Below, in pieces: positions 1 to 8,200 of a DNA stretch of 64,000 bases. This DNA comes from Candidatus Kapaibacterium sp. GTDB taxonomy: Bacteria; Bacteroidota; Ignavibacteria; Kapaibacteriales; UBA2268. The stretch is from the NCBI GenBank assembly GCA_035445085.1, contig DAOMQA010000006.1, forward strand, positions 21,540 through 85,539, written 5' to 3'. Position 1 is the first letter of the stretch; the number at the start of each line of letters is the position of its first letter. The notes beneath the pieces were generated by a model. The model saw only the letters and a list, made by a program, of their open reading frames with translations. It did not search any database and was not told where the DNA came from. Both the position numbers and the translations under genes were made by a program.

Positions 1-1086
1 TCCTAAGATAAATAATTTTGGATTGAGTGGTTTAATAATATCATCTAATTGTTTCCATTGTTCACCAAATGTTTCAGTATATTGAGGTTGCATTGCGTTA
101 GCAAAAGCCCAATTATTTCCTTTTTTATCATTTAAAAGCTCGTTTATACCAGTACCTCTTATGTTTGTAGGTATCCAGGAAAAGTCTTCTACATCGTCGT
201 AATAAAATATACCACCATACCTTGTTCCAAATATGATTTGATTCTTTTTATTTAGTGACATCGTAGTAACGTTCAAGTCGGGTAAGGACGATTTTGTATC
301 TGTATAGGGTCTTGTCATAAAAGTATCTAATTCAGTCCAAGTTAGTCCGTCGTTACCAGAATTAAAAATACCCCTACCGTTGGTTGCAGCGTAAATTAAT
401 CCGTTGTTATCCCTGACAAATTGGTTTATAAAATAATTTTTTAATCCAGTGTTTTGTATTTTCCAAGTTCTACCTGTATCTCGGCTTGCATAAATCCCGC
501 CCCCTTGAGTTCCCGCAATGATAAACCCATTGTTTGAGTAAGTGAGTGCACTAATATCGCGGTAATATAATCCTTGAATGGATTGATTCCAAGTTTTACC
601 ATCGTCTTTAGAAATATAGACACCGCCGCCATAAGTTCCAAGGATTAACCAATTATTTGAATGTCGGATAAGTGTTCTCACATTCTTGTGGTTTAGTCCA
701 GAGTTAGATTCTTTCCAATTTTTAGCTCTATCTTCAGAAATATATATACCTCCACCCATTGTAGAAACAACGATATTGCCATTTTCAGCTTCCACAATAC
801 TTGTTATGTATAAATTACTTAGTCCTACATTCTGCTCTAACCAAGTTTTGCCAAAATTAGAAGATTTGTATATACCTTTACCCCATATACCTGCATAGAT
901 ATAATCGTACGAATCATAATAGCTTGTTTTGACTATATTAGAATTTGGCGTCTTTAGTGTTCCAAAAAATTCAGGGTCATCATGTAAATCCCAAACTTCG
1001 GGTTGGCTCATAGAAGTAAAAGGGAGGAGGAACACAAATAATAATAAAGCGAAAAGGTACTTTAATTTTGGTAAGGATTTTACCAT
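1..1086 (-). CDS. Secreted BNR/Asp-box repeat beta-propeller protein (Ycf48/sialidase-like), C-terminus runs off the window
   Basis: The reverse strand has a start at 1084-1086 (cat) and stays open to position 1, so it is absent from the ORF track. The N-terminus is a signal peptide MVKSLPKLKYLFALLLFVFLLPFTS. Repeated S-x-D-x-G-x-T-W Asp-box motifs follow (SSNFGKTW, SEDRAKNW, SKDDGKTW, SRDTGRTW, SGNDGLTW), spaced by GGGIY blades. Confidence 0.75.
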   Translation of the reverse strand, partial: MVKSLPKLKYLFALLLFVFLLPFTSMSQPEVWDLHDDPEFFGTLKTPNSNIVKTSYYDSYDYIYAGIWGKGIYKSSNFGKTWLEQNVGLSNLYITSIVEAENGNIVVSTMGGGIYISEDRAKNWKESNSGLNHKNVRTLIRHSNNWLILGTYGGGVYISKDDGKTWNQSIQGLYYRDISALTYSNNGFIIAGTQGGGIYASRDTGRTWKIQNTGLKNYFINQFVRDNNGLIYAATNGRGIFNSGNDGLTWTELDTFMTRPYTDTKSSLPDLNVTTMSLNKKNQIIFGTRYGGIFYYDDVEDFSWIPTNIRGTGINELLNDKKGNNWAFANAMQPQYTETFGEQWKQLDDIIKPLNPKLFILG

Positions 1087-1344
1087 TAAATTACTCCAAA
1101 TTAAATTATTAAACTTATTATATAACAAAATTAATGAAAAAAGGTTACAGTTTCTAAAAAAATATTCAAGAATATCTATTAATATATCTATAACATCAAA
1201 TCTAACAAAAATATATTTACGATTAGAATTATATTAAATTCAATTTATAGTTTAGGCAATTTAACTTATAATTATTAACAAATCATTGTTGGATATATAT
1301 TGGAAATATTGAGGAAATATTGTCATCTAAATTTCAAGCTATAA

Positions 1345-1381
1345 ATAAATTAATAGCCCTAAACGATAATTTAGGGCTATT
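1345..1381 (-). terminator. Rho-independent terminator downstream of rpmB
   Basis: Inverted repeat aatagccctaaa / tttagggctatt with a 6-nt loop, followed on the minus strand by an A/T-rich run, immediately 3' of the rpmB stop at 1424. Confidence 0.6.
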
Positions 1382-1423
1382 AAGGTAATGATTTAATACT
1401 TAAATATTATATTTATAATATTC

Positions 1424-1654
1424 TTATTGAATTTTTAAAGAATTATCTTTTAACATTTTATAAAGACCTTTCTTGTCCATTGTTTTAAATGCTTTAGCAG
1501 TTGCTTTTACAACTACCCAACTTTCTAATTCAGGCACCCAAACTTTCTTTTTTTGTAAATTTGGCAAAAAACGTCTTTTAGTTTTATTATTTGCATGTGA
1601 TACATTATTACCTACTAAAGGTCCTACACCTGTTAATTCGCATCTTTTAGACAT
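1424..1654 (-). CDS. rpmB: 50S ribosomal protein bL28
   Basis: 76 aa beginning [34 protein letters not shown], the canonical bL28 N-terminus; TAA stop. Confidence 0.95.
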   Translation of the reverse strand: MSKRCELTGVGPLVGNNVSHANNKTKRRFLPNLQKKKVWVPELESWVVVKATAKAFKTMDKKGLYKMLKDNSLKIQ

Positions 1655-1684
1655 AATATCCTCTTTATTTTCATTTTCTCTACA

Positions 1685-1725
1685 AAATACAAAAATAATA
1701 CTTTTTCGTGATTTTAAAAAATTAT
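1685..1725 (-). promoter_or_regulatory. Putative Bacteroidetes-type promoter for rpmB (-7 element TATTTTTG)
   Basis: The reverse complement of 1690-1697 is TATTTTTG, a match to the FCB sigma-A -7 motif TAnnTTTG, about 35 nt upstream of the rpmB ATG. Confidence 0.4.
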
Positions 1726-1732
1726 TTATAAA

Positions 1733-2935
1733 TTATTTGCTATTATTGCTTATAATTTCATTATAAATGTTGAATATTTTAATTACACTTTGTTGCCATT
1801 GGAAATTTGCACTTATATAAAGTCTTGCGTTGATAGAAGATTTCTGCCACAAAATTTCATCGTCCATCAATTCAATAATCTTGTTTGCAAATTCTATTGG
1901 ATTATCAATTTTAAATAAACCATTATCTTCATTTGCGCTAATACCCTCTGCTGCTATTGTTGTTGCAACAACTGGTATTTCCATCGCCATAGCCTCTAAG
2001 ATTTTTATCCTAATCCCTGCACCTACAAATAATGGGTTTATATATATACCTGCTCTATTTAAATATGGTACAACGCTCTCTACAAAGCCAATCGGATTCA
2101 CATCTTTGCGGGGGTATTTTTTTAAACTATCGGGTAACTCTTTTCCTAATAATGTTAAAAAAGCGTTTGGTTTTCGTTGTTTAATGTAAGGTAGTACCTT
2201 TTCAATAAACCAAATAAGCCCATCTACATTATGTACCCAATTGTATGTCGTTGCTATAATTATCTCGTTTTTATTTCTGCTTACTGTTTGCGGTTTCCAT
2301 TTAATTAAATCAACTCCTGCACTGGCTACTACAATTTTATTGTGTAAATTAAGCTCTAATAAATATTTATAATCAACCTCTGTGATGGGTAATAGCACAT
2401 CAAATTTTTTAAGAATATTTTCTTCCCAAAATTGTAGTAAGCGAGCTTGTCTTTTAATATATATCTTAGGAAAAATAGATTTTAGTTCATTAGCATACCG
2501 CTCCCAAATTTTCCATTCTATATTATGTAATCGCAATGAGATCGGTTTCCCAGTTTTTTCTTTGATATAAATTGCTAATTCTGCCATAGCTGTATGGTCG
2601 GCATGAATTATATCAAAACTAATATTAGCAATAATTTCATCAATTTGAGATATAATGCTGTTATTAAAGTGCTTACGAAGATAAAGCGGTTTTCTATCGA
2701 AGATAGAGTTGATCAAACGAAGCTTTGTATTTTTAATCGAATGTTCAATAAAAATTATCTTACCGTATTGCTCTGCTTCATCAATATATTGCTGTTCAAT
2801 ATCCGTACTTTTATAACACAGAAAAGTAATTTCTGCACCTAATTTAGATAATTCTCTATATATCGATGCGATACCAATTTTACCACCATCAGTTTCAGGA
2901 AATGGAAATTGTTGTGATAATTGTAATATCTTCAC
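1733..2935 (-). CDS. Glycosyltransferase family 4 (group 1)
   Basis: 400 aa. The C-terminal half carries the GT4 signature region (GAGIRIKILEAMAMEIPVVATTIAAEGI). It overlaps the upstream GT2 gene by 4 nt. Confidence 0.85.
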   Translation of the reverse strand: MKILQLSQQFPFPETDGGKIGIASIYRELSKLGAEITFLCYKSTDIEQQYIDEAEQYGKIIFIEHSIKNTKLRLINSIFDRKPLYLRKHFNNSIISQIDEIIANISFDIIHADHTAMAELAIYIKEKTGKPISLRLHNIEWKIWERYANELKSIFPKIYIKRQARLLQFWEENILKKFDVLLPITEVDYKYLLELNLHNKIVVASAGVDLIKWKPQTVSRNKNEIIIATTYNWVHNVDGLIWFIEKVLPYIKQRKPNAFLTLLGKELPDSLKKYPRKDVNPIGFVESVVPYLNRAGIYINPLFVGAGIRIKILEAMAMEIPVVATTIAAEGISANEDNGLFKIDNPIEFANKIIELMDDEILWQKSSINARLYISANFQWQQSVIKIFNIYNEIISNNSK

Positions 2936-3870
2936 TTCTTCTTAATAAATAGTTTCTTTAAAATATTTGAATAATATAGTATTTGTGTTTTGATAGGATT
3001 GACCCCTAAAGTAATTTTTGGTATCATTTCCTTTGGAACAACTTGTCTTTCTTCACGGAAAGTACCAAAAGCAACTGATAGCATTCCAAAAAATCCTTCA
3101 AATAAAGCAGAAACCGCTAATCTCTTTATAAAAATACCCTCTATCATTTGCACATTGACATAAAATATAGTTCTAAATAGTGCATTCCAAAATGGGAAAT
3201 ACTTCCATTGATATCTTATGTATTGTTTTGATATTTTCACCCATCGTACGGGCTGATTTCTATTGCCTAACGAAGCATAATGTAAAGTTCTTATATTGGG
3301 AAAGTATCTGACACCAAAGCCATTAATAATTGCTCTTGTACAAAAGTCTAATTCTTCAAATCCAAATTCCCAAAATCCACCAATTTTATCATAGACTCTC
3401 CTCCTTATTCCAGCGCCAGTCCCTGGAAAAACAATAGTAGGGTAGCCTTTTTCAGGTATATTTACTTTATCCACCTTAATTGGATGCCATTCCCAAATTA
3501 AACTATTGCGTCTAACTTCAATATCTTCAGTACATATAATATCAATATCGTCATTTTTACTAAAAATGTCTGCAACTTTAGCAAAGGCGTTTATATCCTC
3601 TGGGTTAGAGTCATCGTCAGTTCTCCATATAATATCACCATCAGACATTTCTATACCAATATTAATTGCTCTTATATCAAAATTATCTGGTAACCATAAG
3701 TACTTCATACTTGGGAATAATTGAGGTATTCGTTCTTTTGTACCGTCATTGCTACCATTATCAACAACTATAATTTCTTTATTATCCCATGATTGTTGAT
3801 TATATGCCTCAATAGTCTTAATTAAGTCTGGTAACCTATTTCTTGTTATGATTATTACACTAAACTTCAT
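2932..3870 (-). CDS. Glycosyltransferase family 2
   Basis: 312 aa beginning MKFSVIIITRNRLPDLIKTIEAYNQQSWDNKEIIVVDNGSNDGT, a GT2 N-terminus with DxD-type motifs. Confidence 0.85.
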   Translation of the reverse strand: MKFSVIIITRNRLPDLIKTIEAYNQQSWDNKEIIVVDNGSNDGTKERIPQLFPSMKYLWLPDNFDIRAINIGIEMSDGDIIWRTDDDSNPEDINAFAKVADIFSKNDDIDIICTEDIEVRRNSLIWEWHPIKVDKVNIPEKGYPTIVFPGTGAGIRRRVYDKIGGFWEFGFEELDFCTRAIINGFGVRYFPNIRTLHYASLGNRNQPVRWVKISKQYIRYQWKYFPFWNALFRTIFYVNVQMIEGIFIKRLAVSALFEGFFGMLSVAFGTFREERQVVPKEMIPKITLGVNPIKTQILYYSNILKKLFIKKK

Positions 3871-4019
3871 ATAACTCGAAAATCACAAAAGTAAGGAAAT
3901 ATATTATTATAAAAAATTTAGAATATTTTTAAATTATTTGTTCAAGTCCCAAAAAACTATTAGTTTTAAATATGAATGAGTTACAATAATTTAAAATCTT
4001 TATTGAAATAGGATTAATA

Positions 4020-4532
4020 ATGAAAATAGGTTTGTTTTTTGGTACTAATACAGGAAATACCGAAATAATTGCAGAAAAATTATCTGAAGAATTAGTAAAA
4101 AATGGATTTGAAGTTGATTTAAATGATATGGCATCTTCCTCTGTTGAGGACTTTAACGAATACACTACTATGATTATAGCTGTACCTACTTGGAATGACG
4201 GCGAAATGCAAGATGACTGGGATGCAGTTTATAAAGAATATAAAGTATATGATTTCTCTGGGAAGAAAGTCGCTTTTGTTGGACTTGGAGACCAAGATGG
4301 CTATCCTGATAACTTTTTAGATGCTATCGGTACTCTTGGCAAACCAGTATTAGCTAATGGTGGAGAAATATTTGGTTATTGGCCACTAGACGGATATGAA
4401 TTTAGTACATCTGTTTGTATCGCTGATAACGGAAAGTTGTATGGACTTGGGATAGATGAAGATAACCAAGAACATTTAACTGATGAAAGAATCAAAGCTT
4501 GGGTCGCTCAAATTAAGCAAGAATTAGCATAA
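4020..4532 (+). CDS. fldA: Long-chain flavodoxin
   Basis: 170 aa beginning MKIGLFFGTNTGNTEIIAEKL, which is the flavodoxin FMN-phosphate binding loop (T/S-x-T-G-x-T). It is transcribed divergently from the GT2 gene. Confidence 0.9.
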   Translation: MKIGLFFGTNTGNTEIIAEKLSEELVKNGFEVDLNDMASSSVEDFNEYTTMIIAVPTWNDGEMQDDWDAVYKEYKVYDFSGKKVAFVGLGDQDGYPDNFLDAIGTLGKPVLANGGEIFGYWPLDGYEFSTSVCIADNGKLYGLGIDEDNQEHLTDERIKAWVAQIKQELA

Positions 4533-4576
4533 TACATTAAGAGTTGCTACCTTGTAAAATTGCTAAATAAAAAAAT

Positions 4577-5110
4577 ATGAATAATAGTCTAACAATAAGG
4601 CAAGAGACAGGGGAAGATTATATAGAAGTTTTTGAAGTCAACCAACTTGCATTCGCAAATGATAACGAAGCAAGACTGGTTGACTCTCTAAGAAATAATA
4701 CACAAGTCTTTGTCCCTGAACTTTCAATTGTTGCAAGTATACATAATAAAATAGTTGGGCATATTTTATTATCTAAAGTAAGAATTAAGGATAACAGAGA
4801 GAATTATCATATAAGTTTAAGCCTTGCACCAATGGCTGTAAAGCCTGAATTCCAAAAACAAGGGATAGGTGGGCAGTTAATAAGGAGAGGTTTAGAAATT
4901 GCTAAGCATTTAAAATTTAAATCTGTACTTGTATTAGGACATGAACACTACTACCCAAAATTCGGCTTTGAACCTGCCGAAAAATGGAATATCAAAACAC
5001 CGTTCGACGTTCCATCAAATTTATTTATGGCGATAGAGTTAGAGCCAGATGGGCTAAAAGGCGTTTCTGGGGTGGTCATATACCCAAAGGAATTTGATGA
5101 AATCTGTTAA
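4577..5110 (+). CDS. GNAT family N-acetyltransferase
   Basis: 177 aa carrying the acetyl-CoA binding motif QKQGIGGQLIRRGLEIAK (Q/R-x-x-G-x-G/A). Confidence 0.8.
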   Translation: MNNSLTIRQETGEDYIEVFEVNQLAFANDNEARLVDSLRNNTQVFVPELSIVASIHNKIVGHILLSKVRIKDNRENYHISLSLAPMAVKPEFQKQGIGGQLIRRGLEIAKHLKFKSVLVLGHEHYYPKFGFEPAEKWNIKTPFDVPSNLFMAIELEPDGLKGVSGVVIYPKEFDEIC

Positions 5111-5205
5111 AGACAAGATTTTGTACTGCTACTTTATAAAATTACTATTCGCCATTATAATATCTACTATCAATTAAATATTGCAAAACATATTGGCAAA
5201 AATAA

Positions 5206-5242
5206 AAGGAGGCTTTATCGCTTGCTTGATAAAGCCTCCTTG
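5206..5242. terminator. Bidirectional rho-independent terminator between convergent genes
   Basis: A near-perfect 13-14 bp inverted repeat aaggaggctttatc ... gataaagcctcctt around a 9-nt loop, flanked by A/T runs. It lies between the GNAT stop (5110) and the giant minus-strand gene stop (5264). Confidence 0.7.
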
Positions 5243-5263
5243 CTACATTAGATTAGAAAATAT

Positions 5264-8200
5264 TTACCTTTTAATTATTAGCTTCTTATGAGTAATTCCC
5301 GTATCAGTTATCAATAATAAATTATATTCACCATTTTGCAAATCATTTAAATCAATGTTTATTGTATTACTATTGATATTATGATTTAGCTTTAATGAAT
5401 TTATTAGCCTGCCTTCTAAATTATAAATTTCAATTTGATTAATATTTACAGAGCTTTTTACAGTAACTTTATCGTTGGCTGGAATTGGATATAGCTCTAT
5501 TCCATCGCCTAAATTATTTTCTTTAATCGTTGCCCTTAGTACCTGATTTGCACTATAACGATATTCATTTTCAGTATACTGTGATATTAAATTATATACT
5601 TCTACTAAATTTACATCTCTTAATGTTGATGATTTTGTATCATAAAATTTAAAGGTGATTTTTTCATTATTTAAGGCGCCTTCTATCAATTCGGTTTCTT
5701 CGTTGTTACCCCAAATAATTATAGTTGCTATTCCATTAAATACACAACCAGAACCAACTAATTGCCCATTAGAATTGTATGCACCTAATTCGTTATAATT
5801 TTCAGCATCGGTATAAGCAAGTACAACAGAATAATTACCTGTTTCTTTAGTATCTGGAATCAAATATTTAGGAAGAGGGGTAATTGTATTTATACTACCT
5901 TTTGTAGGTGGATTTGCTGGATAAGTAAGTTGAGCGGGTGGATTTGTTATATACATATTATACCCTTGCCCAACTTTCATATTTCCGATTGTATTGATAC
6001 TATATTGTGGTATATAAACTTGTCCTGCATTGTTCTTACAAATAAATAGCGAATTTGTATTAGTCAAAGTTGCAAGACTACTTACTATAGAATTATCTGT
6101 ATTTTTGAGATACGCTACAAAATACCAACCCAAAAGTAAATTTATTGTTTCATTTTCTGGAGTTACAGCTATACCTTTAACTTTTAGAGTGTCAGAGCTT
6201 ACCATATATACTTGATAGGCTTGTTTATAATCCCACTTACCAATATTATTTATGCCAAACGCTGGAATATATGAATTACCGTATTTGTTTTTAACTATTG
6301 AAATACTACTTTTTATTTTATCAAACACAGCTTCCATTTGTCCGTTTTCTGGTTTTACATAGCTGGATATTAAATTCCAACCTATTGGTAAGTAAATATT
6401 ATTATAACTTGGAGTTATTCCATTTGCTTGTCCTAAAATTGTAAGTCCATCTATATCATAAGAGTCGGGACCACTTGCAATAGTAAAATTAGCATATATC
6501 TCTCGTCCTACTTGACCGTCCCAGAATTTAAGGAAATATTTTTCACCAATAGCATAACCATCTTTGATAGGAGTTTGTGTATCATCGCCCCAGACTGTTA
6601 TACTTAAATTCTGATTATTCCAAATTCCATAGCCTGCACAATATATTTCGGAGCCTCTACTATAAAATACTCCAATTACATCGCCTCTAACAATATTGCG
6701 CTTATCTATTTTTGGATTTATAGCTAATGGTACTAATATAGTAGCATTGTTCCCTGTATTACTTACAATATTCCAAGTATCTGGTATAATTTCATAAGTT
6801 ATAGTAGTGAAATTTCTCTTAGATGACCAACTACTCTCATCGCCTAACCAATTATATGATTTTACTCTCCAGTAATATTTACTACTTATCTCTAATGAAG
6901 TATAATGATAATTTGTATCAATAATATTAGTAGAATCTATTACTAAATTAGTAAAATTTGAGTCTTTTGCTATTTGCAATCGATAATATACCGAATGGGC
7001 TGCCTTATTCCAAAGTACATACCCTATTTTTACTACATCTATTGAGTTATTTGCTGGACTAAGGAGCGTCGGTACGTCTGGTATTGCAATAGTATCAGTT
7101 GTAAAGGTAAAAATACTAGACCAATCACTTTCGTTGGCTTCATTAGCTGCCTTTACTCTCCAAAAATAGTTTGTTACTTGGGATAAGAAATTTGCTGGTA
7201 TAAACGAATTTGAATTAGTTGTATCGTTCTTAGTATTTAATGGGTCAAAAGTAAGGGAGGTAGATAATTGTATATAATATTTATCAGCAAAAGGAACACT
7301 TGTCCAAGAAAATTGGGGTTTGTGTATTGTATTAAAATTACCATTATTGGGAGTCAATAATGTTGCTTGAACTAATTGTGCTTGCGTTTTAAAAGAGTAA
7401 GCAACGCTCCAAAAGCTCGAATCTATATCATCAGAAGCCTTAACTCTCCAATAATAGATTGTATTTTGGTTCAACTTATCATTAATTAGTAATTTGAGAC
7501 TATTGTTGATTGTTGTAACATCATAAATTATATTAGTAAAACTTGAGTTACTTGAAATTTGTAATCTATATTTATTAGATTTACTTGGTTTGCTCCATTC
7601 AAAATTAGGTATGATAGAAATATTTATTGAATTATTTTCTGGTTCAATCAAGTCGGGAGCTAATATTACAAAGTCCGTATTATCAAATTCTAAAATTGTT
7701 CCATTCTCACCAACACCCCAGCCATGATTATAGTTTTTAAAATACAAACCATTTATTTTATTTCTTGTTACCTGCCCTTGTTGATACCAAGTATCCCCGC
7801 CGTCTGAAGTGTATATTATTCTGTCACCAGTAGCCCAGCCATTAAAGTTATCTACAAAAAATATGTCTTTTATATTTGTATAGCCAGTATTGACTAATTG
7901 CCAATTAGCACCTCCATCTGTTGTCTTTATGATATTATTATTTCCAAAAATACCCCAGCCAATTTGATTGTTTAAAAAGAATAATTTAGTTAAACTTGCA
8001 TCCGAAGGATTAATTTGATAATTCCAATTAGTGCCGCCATCGCTTGTATAAAGTATTTCAGATTGATTTGTTATTACCCAGCCATTATTGTTGTCAGTGA
8101 ATATTACTTGCAGATAGTTGTTATCAGAACCAACATTTTGCGAAAGCCAATTCTCGCCTCCATCATTTGTGATAAGTAAGTAACCATTATTGCCAGTAGC

